Assembly (NCBI GenBank): GCA_037305845.1
Contig: CP147778.1
Coordinates: 3,040,001-3,104,000 of the forward strand
Reading direction: 5' to 3'
From: Candidatus Freyarchaeum deiterrae
GTDB lineage: Archaea; Asgardarchaeota; Jordiarchaeia; Jordiarchaeales; Jordiarchaeaceae
DNA: 64,000 nucleotides
Below are positions 50,279 to 61,256 of this stretch, in pieces. The translations under genes and the position numbers were made by a program. The notes beneath the pieces were generated by a model that did not search any database, was not told the origin of the DNA, and saw nothing but the letters and a program-made list of their open reading frames with translations. The stretch's first letter is position 1; the number at the start of each line of letters is the position of its first letter.

Positions 50279-50980
50279 ATGGAGAGCATTAAAGCACCAT
50301 ATGATAAAATTGATTTCGATACTCTCATGGAGACAAGTATTTCATTTGCGACACTTGTAGATACTAAACTATACGGTCCAGTTTTCACCCGCCTATCAAG
50401 AATATATGCGCTTCGGTTTTTTGCAAATAGAATAGATGAAAAACCTCCCGAGGGCTCAGACGAATGGAATTGGACTCGAGTAAAAGAGTACTTCGCGAAA
50501 AATAAGGACTCTTATCCCTATGGTTTTAATGCTCTAATGTACGGCATGGCCAAAACAGAGGCTCTTTTACAGGGTTCAACTGGAGTTGCCAATCGCCTCT
50601 CAATAAACATGATGGCTAAAAATATGGCTAAACAACAGGGCGATAAACAAATTGAATTCTCGGACCTCGTAAGTGCTTTTAAACAAACAGCAGACATGTT
50701 TGTGGCATTGAGAATAATGCCCCCAAAAGCAAGTTACATGGTGGAGAACGGAAAAGTTAGGTTTACGGTCGACAATTGTAGCTACAAAGACACCTGTGAA
50801 GCGTTCCGTAAAGAAAAAATCATAAAATATGATTTGACAGCCGTCTGCTGTATATCACGAATACTGTGCACTTACATTGAACTAAAACTAAGTCCAGATT
50901 ACGATTACTCAGTAAAAGAATTCGCAAACCCCCACTGTAAAATAGACTTTTTAAAAAAGGAACCGAAACCCTTTAAATAA
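50279..50980 (+). CDS. V4R-like Cys-containing protein, paralog of 18768-19421
   Basis: NCSYKDTC...CC...HCK; YPYGFNALMYGMAKTE...GSTGV. Confidence 0.6.
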   Translation: MESIKAPYDKIDFDTLMETSISFATLVDTKLYGPVFTRLSRIYALRFFANRIDEKPPEGSDEWNWTRVKEYFAKNKDSYPYGFNALMYGMAKTEALLQGSTGVANRLSINMMAKNMAKQQGDKQIEFSDLVSAFKQTADMFVALRIMPPKASYMVENGKVRFTVDNCSYKDTCEAFRKEKIIKYDLTAVCCISRILCTYIELKLSPDYDYSVKEFANPHCKIDFLKKEPKPFK

Positions 50981-51036
50981 GAGACCTTTTTTTCTCCAAA
51001 CGGTCTTTAAGAACAAGTCTCCTTTCACATAACGAC

Positions 51037-51540
51037 TTATTTTTGTAGCCCTTGAGCCATCTCTTTGAGAAGAGGAGTAATTCCACCCTTCTCCAAAACC
51101 TCGAGCATGTCTGGAGACAGGGGTTTCCCTTCTAATGTGCTGTTTCTGTCCAAGTTTTCAACCCTAGCTTTCCGTAGGTCCAATTCTAGGGTGTCTCCTT
51201 GTTCAAATGCTTCAGAGACTTTAGGGCACTCTAGTATAGGTAGACCGACGGCTATGGAGTTTCTGAAGAATATTCTCGCAAAGGACTCTGCAATAACGGC
51301 TGCTACCCCCAGCCTCTTTATCAGTTCGGGGGCTGTTTCTCTACTTGAGCCGCAGCCAAAGTTTCTTCCCCCAACTATGATATCTCCCAACTTCACTTCA
51401 TTGGGAAATTTTGGATTAATATTCTCTAAGACATGTTTTACTTGTTCCTCTATTGGAGTTTCTATATATTTGGAGGGAGATATTACATCGGTGTCCACGT
51501 TGTCTCCAAACTTCCAAACCTTCCCTTTTATTACATTCAT
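51037..51540 (-). CDS. leuD: 3-isopropylmalate/homoaconitate dehydratase small subunit
   Basis: GDNVDTDVI, NFGCGSSRE, SFARIFFRN. Confidence 0.85.
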   Translation of the reverse strand: MNVIKGKVWKFGDNVDTDVISPSKYIETPIEEQVKHVLENINPKFPNEVKLGDIIVGGRNFGCGSSRETAPELIKRLGVAAVIAESFARIFFRNSIAVGLPILECPKVSEAFEQGDTLELDLRKARVENLDRNSTLEGKPLSPDMLEVLEKGGITPLLKEMAQGLQK

Positions 51541-51553
51541 TTTTTCAACTTCT

Positions 51554-52807
51554 TTAATATTTTCTCGGATCCGCTATCTTTCCCTCAATGGCTGATGCGG
51601 CAACTGTTGCAGGCGATGCCAAGTATACTTTTGACTCGCTGTCACCCATCCTTCCTTTGAAGTTCCTGTTTATGGAGGCGATGCAAACTTCACCCGCGGC
51701 AAGCAATCCCATATGAGTTCCGAAGCAGGCTCCACAGCCGGGGTTGCATATTATTCCGTCAGCATCGATAATTGTTTCAAGAATCCCCTCTTTCAGGGCT
51801 TCTCTATAAACATCTGTGGATGCGGGTATTACAATCAATCGAGTATCTGGATGAACCTTTTTGCCATCAAGAATTTCTGCAGCGACCCGCAGATCCTCCA
51901 CTCTACCGTTTGTACAAGATCCAAGAAGGGCTTGATTGACGAGTATACCCTCAACCTCAGTGACTGGTTTTACATTATCCACCGTGTACGGTTCTGCTAC
52001 CTGTGGCTCAAGTTCATTTACATCTTCCTCGTAGATTTTCTCATATTCGGCGTCTTCATCCGCCTTCAGTTTTTGGATCGGTTCCCTCGTCCTGTTCCTG
52101 AGGTAGTCAACTGTTTTCTTATCTGTCTCAAAGAAACCGAACTTTGCACCCATCTCCAGCGCCATGTTGCTCATAGTCATTCTACTGGAGATGCTCAGCT
52201 CTTTGGAGAGGCTTCCGGTAAACTCGACGGACTTATACTGAGCCGCCTCTGCGGAGTATTTACCCAACAGTTTTAGGATTACGTCCTTGGACATAACATT
52301 ATAGGGTAATTTTCCGCTGATTTCGAATTTTATGGTTTCAGGAACACGGAACCAGAGTTTCCCTGTAGCCAATACATAAGCCATCTCCGAGAAACCAATC
52401 CCGGTGCCGGCAGCGGTTAACGCACCATAGGTAGTAGTGTGAGAATCCGTTCCCACAATCAGCATGCCTGGAAGAACATGCCCTCTTTCCGAGAGAACCT
52501 GGTGACAGACCCCAGCCTTCTCATCGTAAAAATTCTTTATCCCCAGATTTCTTACCGCCTCTCGAATCATCTTATGCACACCCGCGTACCTCACATTAGG
52601 AGCAGGTGTTGCATGATCCAAGAGAACCACAATTTTGTCCGGATTCCATACCCTTTCGATTCCGGCACCAAGCAATACCAAGTAAGCTGCACCGAAGTCC
52701 TCATGAGCCATAGCTAAATCGATATCCGCGGTAACATACTCCCCGGGCTTCACGTACTCTTTTCCCGAAGCCCTCGCCAGAATCTTATCCGCTAACGTCA
52801 TACCCAT
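51554..52807 (-). CDS. leuC: 3-isopropylmalate/homoaconitate dehydratase large subunit
   Basis: DH, GVCHQ, DSHTTTYGA, GSCTNGR, CGACFG, NRNFKGRMG, LASP. Confidence 0.85.
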   Translation of the reverse strand: MGMTLADKILARASGKEYVKPGEYVTADIDLAMAHEDFGAAYLVLLGAGIERVWNPDKIVVLLDHATPAPNVRYAGVHKMIREAVRNLGIKNFYDEKAGVCHQVLSERGHVLPGMLIVGTDSHTTTYGALTAAGTGIGFSEMAYVLATGKLWFRVPETIKFEISGKLPYNVMSKDVILKLLGKYSAEAAQYKSVEFTGSLSKELSISSRMTMSNMALEMGAKFGFFETDKKTVDYLRNRTREPIQKLKADEDAEYEKIYEEDVNELEPQVAEPYTVDNVKPVTEVEGILVNQALLGSCTNGRVEDLRVAAEILDGKKVHPDTRLIVIPASTDVYREALKEGILETIIDADGIICNPGCGACFGTHMGLLAAGEVCIASINRNFKGRMGDSESKVYLASPATVAASAIEGKIADPRKY

Positions 52808-52835
52808 TCAAGCACCACTCACAGAATTTAATCAA

Positions 52836-53906
52836 TTATCCCAATTTCTGAATTATAGTCTGAGTCACTTCCCTAGTTTTTGACTTACCACCCATATCCG
52901 GGGTCAACACTTTTCTCTCTCGGTAAAGCTCCCCCACAGCGTTTTCCAGCTCCTGAGCTTCATCACTCATACCGAGATACTCAAGCATCATAACTGAGGA
53001 TAGAATAGTTGCGGTGGGGTTAGCGATACCCTTTCCCGCTATGTCCGGTGCGGATCCGTGTACTGGCTCGAAGTAAGCGTATCTATCGCCTATGCATCCA
53101 CTGGGAGACATACCCAATCCGCCCATGAGTTCAGAGGCGAGATCGGACAGTATATCCCCAAACATGTTAGAAGTCACAATAACGTCCTGGTCTTTTGGGA
53201 ACCTGATGATCCTTCTCGCCATATCGTCAACATAGAAATGTTCGTATTTGAGTTCAGGGTAGCCCTTAATCACTTCCTCGCAGGTTTTCTGAAAAAGTCC
53301 GCAACTCTGTATCAAAACATTTGATTTAGTGACGCAGGTCACTTTTCCTGGAAATCCTCTCTTTTTCCTCTCTATCGCTTTTTCGCAAGCAACCTTGGAA
53401 ATCCTTTTACACCCTTTTTCAGTGATAATCCTTATCGCGAACTTTCCTTTTCCGAAATCGGCAAAGGTTTTTCCCGTTAGGTCTTTATAGTCGGGCAGTC
53501 TCTCCGCCAGTAGAGAGATGTCTCCCTCTCTTCCGGGGTACAAGCCTTCCGAGTTCTCCCTAACTATGAGAAAGTCTATTTCTTCAGGATCCTTTATTGG
53601 TGTTGAAACGCCCTCATAATACTTAATCGGTCTTAGATTGGCGTAGGTGTCAAGTGTCCATCTCAGATAAGTTAGAATGATAACACTAGCTCGCTCGGTT
53701 GCGCCGAAGAGTATAGCGTCGGACTGATTCGTTAAATCTATAGCTTCCTTGGGAAAAGGGGTTCCAAACTTTTTAATCGCAGCTTCTCCAACCAATGGTT
53801 TAGTTATCTCTAAATCTAAACCCATACTTTCCAAAACTTGTATTGCGGCGTCAACCACTTCTGGTCCGATTCCGTCTCCGCCGAGTGCTACAATCTTCTT
53901 AGTCAA
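52836..53906 (-). CDS. Isocitrate/isopropylmalate dehydrogenase family protein
   Basis: [49 protein letters not shown]. Confidence 0.9.
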   Translation of the reverse strand: MTKKIVALGGDGIGPEVVDAAIQVLESMGLDLEITKPLVGEAAIKKFGTPFPKEAIDLTNQSDAILFGATERASVIILTYLRWTLDTYANLRPIKYYEGVSTPIKDPEEIDFLIVRENSEGLYPGREGDISLLAERLPDYKDLTGKTFADFGKGKFAIRIITEKGCKRISKVACEKAIERKKRGFPGKVTCVTKSNVLIQSCGLFQKTCEEVIKGYPELKYEHFYVDDMARRIIRFPKDQDVIVTSNMFGDILSDLASELMGGLGMSPSGCIGDRYAYFEPVHGSAPDIAGKGIANPTATILSSVMMLEYLGMSDEAQELENAVGELYRERKVLTPDMGGKSKTREVTQTIIQKLG

Positions 53907-54133
53907 ATCTCACACCTTCAATTCTAGTGATTCTTGTGCGAATTAATAATTTTCTGTATAACCGAGTTATATTTATATTCTCTAAACGGGTTTCTTTAAA
54001 CTATAAAAACCAACAATGACCAAATAAGGTAATAACTTATTACAACTGGAAAAAAAAGGGTTAAGTTCAATGAGTGAAGCTAAAAAAGATTACTGTTTCA
54101 GTTTGCAAATTATACATATTCGGGTATACTGAA

Positions 54134-56584
54134 CTAAGTCTTGGGTAGTTGCACTTTAAACTTCTTTTCCGCGTCTCTTAGGGCTTTTATGAAAGCCTCA
54201 ATCATGTCCAGCATCATTGGTGCTATTTTGAGGGCGTCCTCTGTTGAAGGCTCTATTTTGGATATGTCCTCCCGTAAAACTTTCGGGTAATCATGATTTC
54301 TGTCTGTGAGGGCTCGGTAGCGGTTCTCAAAGTCTTTGTAAGTTATAATGGTTTTTCCAGTATCTTTATCTGATTCAAAATCGAATTTCAAAGTGCCGTC
54401 TTGGTCGAAAGAATAGTTTAATCTCTCTAAGGGCATACTCGGAGCTTTCTCCGTGAAGCTCGTTCCAACAAGACCCGCTTCTGTGAATCTTTGCCTAATG
54501 GGTTTAAGATGTTCTGACCAGCGCTCAAGGATAAATCGATATACTAGGGGTGGAATATCACCCGCTTTTGAGATTTTCTTTCCCATCAATCGTAAATCCA
54601 TTATTATGGTCCCGTTCTCTGTAGGCGTGTTTTTAGCTTCCATGTTGCTATTATTGATTGACGTCACGGGTATACTCTGCTTGTTTGCGGTTTCAACTAT
54701 TGTTTCGACCTCTTTTTCAGTTATAGGTAGAACGAGTATTCCAGTCGAAGCCACAGATTCTAGGAATGTTTCGGCATCTGGTGTGTAGAAATATTTACTA
54801 TATGGTTTGAGATCCACGGGATCCGTTGAAAGGCGTTCTTCCCTTATAACATCTGCAAGCTCAGTGTAAACCATGTCAAGCTTATCTAAAACTGCATCAG
54901 AATCCCTTTCTTCAGCAGCTCCCTTTACAACAACTCTATCGATTACTACCTTTTCAACTCTCTCTTCTAAAACTCCCTTATCTGATAAGGAAAGTGCCAG
55001 TGTCTTGATTTCTGCGCTATGTGTTTTTCCGATTTTGGTTAAAGGCATTTTATCAACGAATTTTATAATGCGAGGTTTCTTGTAAGAAGCGATATTATCT
55101 CTACAGAATTCTTTTACTTCTTCTGCGGTCATTTCTTCTCCGGGTTTGAGTTCAATAAATGCGGTTACTATTTCTCCCCAGACTTTATCAGGTACTCCGG
55201 TTACCGCTACTTCCTCTATTTTTGGGTGTGATTTTAAATAGTCTTCAACCTCGATTGGATAAATTTTTTCACCGCCGGAAGTGATCATTTCATTAATTCT
55301 GCCTACGTAGTAGATATTTTCATCTTTATCCATCCAACAAAGGTCACCCGAATGCAGCCAACCGTTCTCATCAATAGCCTTCTTGGTTTTCAATGAGTCT
55401 TTGTAGTATCCTTTCATTACATTTTTACCTTTGAATATCATTTCTCCGACTTCACCAATTGGTACATCTTTCATGTTCTTATCAACAACCCGCATTTCCA
55501 TACCGGTTACAAGTTGGCCTATGTAGCCTTGTTTGATTTTTGGTAAATCTTCGTAGGTCATGAACGCGATTGTTGATGTACCTACCGTTTCTGTTTGGCC
55601 ATAGCCATCCACTAGAGCGATTTTTGGAAATCTTTCTAAAATTTCAATTTTCATTTCACGGGGCATTTTTGCTCCGCCAGAACCCATCAATGTCAATGAA
55701 CTAAGGTCAAATTCGTCCAAATCTGGATAATCTAGCCATAATCGATACATCGTTGGTACCATGAATATGGTAGTAATTTTATCATCTTGAATTATTTGAC
55801 AGATCTCTTCGGGATTAAAACTTGAACTAACCGGGAAAACGATTAAAGTTCCCAACCCAATCTGTGTTATAATTGACAGTATCCCAGATATGTGAAAAAT
55901 CGGAGTAGGAATTAAAAATTTCATTCTCATTCCAGAAGGTGGTATTAATGTGGTTTCGGGAATTCTTTTTTCGGCAATTAATTTCGCGCCATGTCCTGGA
56001 GTCAAGTAAGTGGCGCTGTATAAATTAGAATGGGTGTATATTACACCTTTAGGAGAGCCTGTTGTGCCACCCGTGTAAAGTATAAACGCAGCCTCGTCGT
56101 CATTTACTTGGACTTCGGGATCGGTTACTTCTTTATTCTTGATAAAATTCTCATAATTAATCATATCACTATACTCTTGATAAGGAAATGTATCTACGAC
56201 GAATATGTGACTGATGTTGTTGATTTTTTTGGTTTTCAAAAAATCGCGGGTTTTTTTAACAAATTTTTTTTCAATAAATAGTCCAGTAATGTCTGAATTT
56301 TCGTGTATATACTCTAATTCAGTAAACCCATATCTAATGTTAATCGGAACTGGTACAGCGCCGATTTTTTGAAGCCCGAACATTATTTCCAAAAATTCAG
56401 GTGAGTTGTAGAGCAATGTTCCGAATTTTTCACCTTTCTTAACACCGGCGTCTAGTAAAGCCCGCGCTACTTGGTTCGCTCGATTATTCAATTTATTATA
56501 GGTGTATATCTTATCATCTTGTTTGACAGCTTCAACATTACCCAGATTTTTAGCCAAGTTTTTTAACAAGTCTGCGTAGCCCAC
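54134..56584 (-). CDS. AMP-forming acyl-CoA synthetase with a ~285-aa C-terminal extension containing an FAD-oxidase N-terminal fragment
   Basis: YTGGTTGSPKG, GYGQTE, GWLHSGD, SGGEKIYP.EVE, P.TKIGK; the extension aligns with the N-terminus of 47212. Confidence 0.9.
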   Translation of the reverse strand: MGYADLLKNLAKNLGNVEAVKQDDKIYTYNKLNNRANQVARALLDAGVKKGEKFGTLLYNSPEFLEIMFGLQKIGAVPVPINIRYGFTELEYIHENSDITGLFIEKKFVKKTRDFLKTKKINNISHIFVVDTFPYQEYSDMINYENFIKNKEVTDPEVQVNDDEAAFILYTGGTTGSPKGVIYTHSNLYSATYLTPGHGAKLIAEKRIPETTLIPPSGMRMKFLIPTPIFHISGILSIITQIGLGTLIVFPVSSSFNPEEICQIIQDDKITTIFMVPTMYRLWLDYPDLDEFDLSSLTLMGSGGAKMPREMKIEILERFPKIALVDGYGQTETVGTSTIAFMTYEDLPKIKQGYIGQLVTGMEMRVVDKNMKDVPIGEVGEMIFKGKNVMKGYYKDSLKTKKAIDENGWLHSGDLCWMDKDENIYYVGRINEMITSGGEKIYPIEVEDYLKSHPKIEEVAVTGVPDKVWGEIVTAFIELKPGEEMTAEEVKEFCRDNIASYKKPRIIKFVDKMPLTKIGKTHSAEIKTLALSLSDKGVLEERVEKVVIDRVVVKGAAEERDSDAVLDKLDMVYTELADVIREERLSTDPVDLKPYSKYFYTPDAETFLESVASTGILVLPITEKEVETIVETANKQSIPVTSINNSNMEAKNTPTENGTIIMDLRLMGKKISKAGDIPPLVYRFILERWSEHLKPIRQRFTEAGLVGTSFTEKAPSMPLERLNYSFDQDGTLKFDFESDKDTGKTIITYKDFENRYRALTDRNHDYPKVLREDISKIEPSTEDALKIAPMMLDMIEAFIKALRDAEKKFKVQLPKT

Positions 56585-56595
56585 TCTATCTCTTC

Positions 56596-57396
56596 CTATT
56601 TCCCTTTGTATTTAGGCTCTCTTTTTTCCATAAAACTCAGGAGGGATTCTTTGAAATCCTCGGAGCCGAATGTTTTGATTAGATTTTCTTCCTCGTTATC
56701 GAGGGCATTAATAATTTTGTCCATTAATAAACTATGTATAGCTTTTTTAGCCAGCCCGATTGCAAGGGTCGGACCCTTTGATAATCGCTCGGCTAGCTTT
56801 TTAACTTTCGAAATGAAAATATCGTCAGGAAAAACGTCATTTATTAAGCCAATATTTTTGGCTTCTTGAGCACTAATTTTGTCTCCGAAAAATATGAGTT
56901 CCTTTGCCTTTTGCATTCCCACGATTCGGGGCAATAAGTATGTTGATGCCATTTCGGGTGTAATAGCCCTCCTGATGAAGAATGTGCTGAACTCTGCTTT
57001 GTCGGAGGCGTAAATTAAATCACAATTTAATGCTAAATTCATTCCTGCACCCAGTGCCATTCCATTCACAGCTGCAATGAATGGTTTATTTACGTTTATC
57101 AGTTTTAATACTAGTTCTTTTTGTGATAAATCAATTTTTTTACCTGCTTGACTACTGTCAAATGCGAAATCCCCGCCTGATGAAAAGGCTTTTCCTGCGC
57201 CAGTTATGATAACAGCTCTTATTTCATCGTCGGCATTAATTCTATCTAAAGCATCTTTTATCTCTTCGAACATTTTACCGTTCATCGCATTCAAGCGTTC
57301 AGGCCTATTTAGAGTTATTATACAAACGTTATCCTCCTTCTCAAAAATGATTGTTTCAGGGTTCAATTTGTCCCTCCTTAAATTATTAACTAACAA
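56596..57396 (-). CDS. Enoyl-CoA hydratase/isomerase family protein
   Basis: ITLNRPERLNA, FSSGGD, KPFIAAVNG. Confidence 0.92.
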   Translation of the reverse strand: MLVNNLRRDKLNPETIIFEKEDNVCIITLNRPERLNAMNGKMFEEIKDALDRINADDEIRAVIITGAGKAFSSGGDFAFDSSQAGKKIDLSQKELVLKLINVNKPFIAAVNGMALGAGMNLALNCDLIYASDKAEFSTFFIRRAITPEMASTYLLPRIVGMQKAKELIFFGDKISAQEAKNIGLINDVFPDDIFISKVKKLAERLSKGPTLAIGLAKKAIHSLLMDKIINALDNEEENLIKTFGSEDFKESLLSFMEKREPKYKGK

Positions 57397-57452
57397 ATTA
57401 TTGATTTTTTGAACCGCTAGTACGAAGAGGAAAATGGAGCGATAGAAATTTA

Positions 57453-57788
57453 TTATTTCATTAACATTTGAATTTTCAGTAGGTCCTTCATATCGCCCTT
57501 TGCTTTTAACTTGCCACTCATGAAGGCTTTAGTTGGACTAACTTCACCATTACATATTCCAAGAATGACATCGCTATTAGTCTCTATGAGCAGATCAGGT
57601 TTCGCGACCGAGCCCTCTTTGACTGTACATGTCTCATCCTTGAACTCCATCAAGAGAGAAAAGCCCGTATCCTTGAAGTTAAATTGCAACACCTTGTTAA
57701 AACCCTGAAAGCGCTCCTTGTAACTGGGGTCATCTAATTTACTAGCCCATGCTCCTAGTGCTTCTAGTAATTCCTCTTTATAACCCAT
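57453..57788 (-). CDS. SCP2 sterol/lipid-binding domain protein
   Basis: AFMSGKLKAKGD motif. Confidence 0.9.
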   Translation of the reverse strand: MGYKEELLEALGAWASKLDDPSYKERFQGFNKVLQFNFKDTGFSLLMEFKDETCTVKEGSVAKPDLLIETNSDVILGICNGEVSPTKAFMSGKLKAKGDMKDLLKIQMLMK

Positions 57789-58085
57789 TTTTTATCACTA
57801 TTTTTAAAACTTTTAGATTTATGTTTATATTTATTTCGCTTTATTGTCTACTTATTTATATTTACTTAATTATTTTATTTTTATTGTGCCTCTCTCTAAC
57901 TCTTAGTCAATAATAGAAGAAGCAAAGTAAAATCCGTTTTTAAAAAGTCTTAATAATTAACTCAATTATAAATCCGAGAATCCGTTCCCCATTTGGGATA
58001 TAATACGGATTCCATAAAAAATATACTTGTATTCAAAAAATTGAAGAATTGAAAAAAAGATGGGCTCTAATGAATTTCTCTAATC

Positions 58086-58550
58086 TTATTTTTTATCGAT
58101 TTTTAGTTTGAGGATGCAGACGTTATCGTTGTTCTCTGCCTCAAATCTATTAACTTCGCCCAAGCCTAGGGCATATATAGCACCCATAATAGTTACCGCT
58201 ATTCCGCACAAAGGACAGGCTTTGCATCCAAGGGTTTTCGCATATTTAGCCATTTCTCGCCATATGCAGTTGGTTATTTTCTCCTTGTGCATGTTTTCGT
58301 TGGGATCCTCTTCAACTTCTATTTGGTATAAGCCGGTATCCTTCCCCACTTTTACTATGGTTTTTATGAACTCTTCAATATTTTTTGGCGAAGTGTTACC
58401 TGCAATCTGTTTGAAAAGAGGGTCTAACACAGGAGCTAACACTTTGGATGCTTGGCGTCCGAGTAAAATGGGAGTTACACCCATCTTATCTGCCGCAAGG
58501 AATACATTACAATAAACTATGGCATTAAAAAAATCCTTCATCTCAGACAT
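58086..58550 (-). CDS. V4R-like Cys-containing protein
   Basis: NCIW...CPLC...VCILKL pattern. Confidence 0.55.
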   Translation of the reverse strand: MSEMKDFFNAIVYCNVFLAADKMGVTPILLGRQASKVLAPVLDPLFKQIAGNTSPKNIEEFIKTIVKVGKDTGLYQIEVEEDPNENMHKEKITNCIWREMAKYAKTLGCKACPLCGIAVTIMGAIYALGLGEVNRFEAENNDNVCILKLKIDKK

Positions 58551-58607
58551 TTTCTCTCACTCTTACTATACTCTTTTAGATTTCAAACTCCTATAAGAGG
58601 CTATAAG

Positions 58608-58625
58608 AAGCCATTGGAATGGCTT
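58608..58625. promoter_or_regulatory. Palindrome upstream of the V4R-like gene
   Basis: AAGCCATT-GG-AATGGCTT, next to a CTATAAGA direct repeat. Confidence 0.35.
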
Positions 58626-59047
58626 TATTTAATTCAAGTACAATTTGTTTTTTTTCCCTTAAAAACTCACTCGCTGATATGTATAATAGTTAATTTGAAT
58701 TGACTAATATACTTTTTGTGTATCCTTGGTACTCTAAGCGACCTAAGTCGGTAGATTTTCGGAGGGACTGAAACCATTGACGGATTTGTTATAACCATTT
58801 ATAGCTCGACCAAATTGGTTCTGGGAATATCGGATTCGTTATGTTTGCTACTGTTAGCATCAGCATTTATTGCTTTAAGCCGTTCAACCCTTTTATAATC
58901 CCTAATGCTAAGCCCCAAAATGTCGGAAACCCTTTTCTTCCAAGGAAAAAGATATAGAAGGCGTAGAAAGAGATAAGATTCGCCTTCATCAGAAGGGTAC
59001 AATCAGAAAATACTCCTAATTGTGCACAATAAGCCAATTTGTTTCAC

Positions 59048-59830
59048 TTATTTTCCTTTCCATTTTGGTTCCCGATTACCCTCTAGGAAAGCAGTGAAAC
59101 CCTCAACAACATCTTCACTACGGAAGAGATCATAGAACGGCTCCCAGAGTAACCCGATACACTTGTGGGGATTTAAATGCCTGCTCTCAGCGAACCACTT
59201 TCTTGTCCATTTATGACTTATGGGTGCAACTTTTTTCATTTCATTGGCTAAATCCATAACCTCATCGTGTAATTTCTCGTGAGGGACAACTTTGTTTACG
59301 AGTCCCATTCGGTAGGCTTCCTGTGCATCAATAATTTTACCGGTTAGCAGTAATTCTTTTGCGTGTCTCATTCCTACTATATCAGCCAACATGAGAAAAG
59401 CTGTGCCGCTAACCAAACCTCGACGATTTTCCCAGAATCCCATTTCAGCACGTTCGCTAGCAATAGCACAATCACAGAATAGTGTCAATTCCAGCCCACC
59501 TGCATAGGCGAGTCCATTAATTGCAGCAATCAACGGCTTTGGATACCTAATCAGGAGTTCATGGGGGTCAAGCAAGTCCGCCAGGAATTCACCTAATCCT
59601 TTAAACCCAACTGTGGCGAGTTCTTTTATGTCCAGACCTGATGAGAAAGCGGGATCCTTTCCTGTTATTACAAGTACCCGTACGTCAGTGCCTTCCTCAG
59701 TTTTCGCTAACACATCCATTATTTCATGCCAGACTTGTTTCCTTAGTGGATTTTTCTTTCTGGGGTTATTGATGGTTATCCAGCCAACCTGATCCTCAAC
59801 TTCGTACAATATGCTCTCGTATTCCGACAT
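59048..59830 (-). CDS. Enoyl-CoA hydratase/isomerase family protein
   Basis: FSSGLD, KPLIAAING.AYAGGLEL. Confidence 0.92.
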   Translation of the reverse strand: MSEYESILYEVEDQVGWITINNPRKKNPLRKQVWHEIMDVLAKTEEGTDVRVLVITGKDPAFSSGLDIKELATVGFKGLGEFLADLLDPHELLIRYPKPLIAAINGLAYAGGLELTLFCDCAIASERAEMGFWENRRGLVSGTAFLMLADIVGMRHAKELLLTGKIIDAQEAYRMGLVNKVVPHEKLHDEVMDLANEMKKVAPISHKWTRKWFAESRHLNPHKCIGLLWEPFYDLFRSEDVVEGFTAFLEGNREPKWKGK

Positions 59831-59996
59831 CTTTTAATTCCTCCTTTTTTACTCTGTTTGCTCCTTCATAGATAATAATTTTGTGTATAGTGGTCCATTT
59901 GCTAGTGCTATCTTCCAGGCAGAGAAGCTCTTTTCAGCTCAGCAGTAGTAATTTGAAAAGTTAAAAAAAGTATAAGAAAATCAGCAATAATAATTT

Positions 59997-61256
59997 TTAA
60001 GAGTCATTTAGATTTTCAATCTCCTCTTTGGTCACACCTCTCAATGCTCGTGGTAATAGCCTTTCATCAATATCTTTAATGAACTCATTCCGTCCAATAA
60101 ATATCTTTAAAACATCATTAGATCCTCCCGCAATCTGCATTAACATCGCGTTTTCCAAGATACTGTAAATTCCGAATTCGTGTGTATATCCATCGCCTGC
60201 ACAAATATACGCTGCGTGCTGAGCGATTTCATTAAGAGATTGAGTGCAATAAATTTTTGCAGCAGCAGATTTTACGCCGAATTCAAACATATCCGCCTCT
60301 CCCTTATCTAATAGATTAGCGAGGTAGTATATGGTGGCACGAGCAGTCTCAAGACGCATTGTTATTTCCGCCATCCGTAATTGTATATTTTGATAACGTG
60401 AAATTGGCATTCCAAATTGAACCCTTCTCTTGGCGTATGCACGCGCTATTTCCTTAAGAATTCTGCCCTGACCAATTACACCCGCTAGGCCAAGTCTCTC
60501 AATATTCAGAGCACTCGTCATCACCATCCAACCATCACCCGGTTCTAGTATCATGCAATTTTTTGGCACTCTGACGTCTCTGAATCGTATAACCGAATTC
60601 GCCATCTCCACCTCGCCCTTCAAGCGGTTAACCTTCTCTATAGTGATGCCTTCACTACGCCTAGGCACAATAAAGGCCGTAAGATGCCTATGCATCTGTT
60701 CCATTGAGGGATCCGAATTAGCGTAGAGCATAAGGTAATCCGATAATGGGGCGAGAGTGATGAATCGTTTCCAACCATTCAGAATCCACTCGTCACCCTC
60801 CGCTTCGGCGTGTAACTGTATACCTGCGACATCGTTACCCGCGTCCGGCTCGGTTACTGTTACTGATGCCCACTTTTCACCCTTGACCATGGGAACTAGA
60901 AACTCCTCTTTCTGGGCATCAGTTCCAAACAAAAGGACCGGTCCAGCACCAAACACGCTGGTAAGAAGTGGATTAATATTCAACAAACATCTTCCAGTTT
61001 CCTCATTTAGAACAGTATAACCCGTGTAGCCTTGCCCACTCCCTCCATACTTCTCTTCGGTTAGAACCATTAGGGGATGAAATCCGTGTTCGATACATTT
61101 CTTGCTGGCTTGCCATTGGATAGCCATTGGATCCTTGTTTTCTTCTTCTTGTTTCATAGCTATTGGAACTAGCTCAGAATCTACAAATGCCTCCATTTCA
61201 TCGGCAAATTTTCTGTTCCTATCACTCCACCATGGCATATAATCCATTTCTTTCAC
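59997..61256 (-). CDS. Acyl-CoA dehydrogenase
   Basis: VTEPDAGND, LNGWKRFIT, RVQFG, GDGY, IAGGSND. Confidence 0.92.
   Translation of the reverse strand: MKEMDYMPWWSDRNRKFADEMEAFVDSELVPIAMKQEEENKDPMAIQWQASKKCIEHGFHPLMVLTEEKYGGSGQGYTGYTVLNEETGRCLLNINPLLTSVFGAGPVLLFGTDAQKEEFLVPMVKGEKWASVTVTEPDAGNDVAGIQLHAEAEGDEWILNGWKRFITLAPLSDYLMLYANSDPSMEQMHRHLTAFIVPRRSEGITIEKVNRLKGEVEMANSVIRFRDVRVPKNCMILEPGDGWMVMTSALNIERLGLAGVIGQGRILKEIARAYAKRRVQFGMPISRYQNIQLRMAEITMRLETARATIYYLANLLDKGEADMFEFGVKSAAAKIYCTQSLNEIAQHAAYICAGDGYTHEFGIYSILENAMLMQIAGGSNDVLKIFIGRNEFIKDIDERLLPRALRGVTKEEIENLNDS

Noticed and set aside
58700-59010. Possible membrane-protein pseudogene
   Set aside because: Hydrophobic fragments in several frames but no recognisable family motif.
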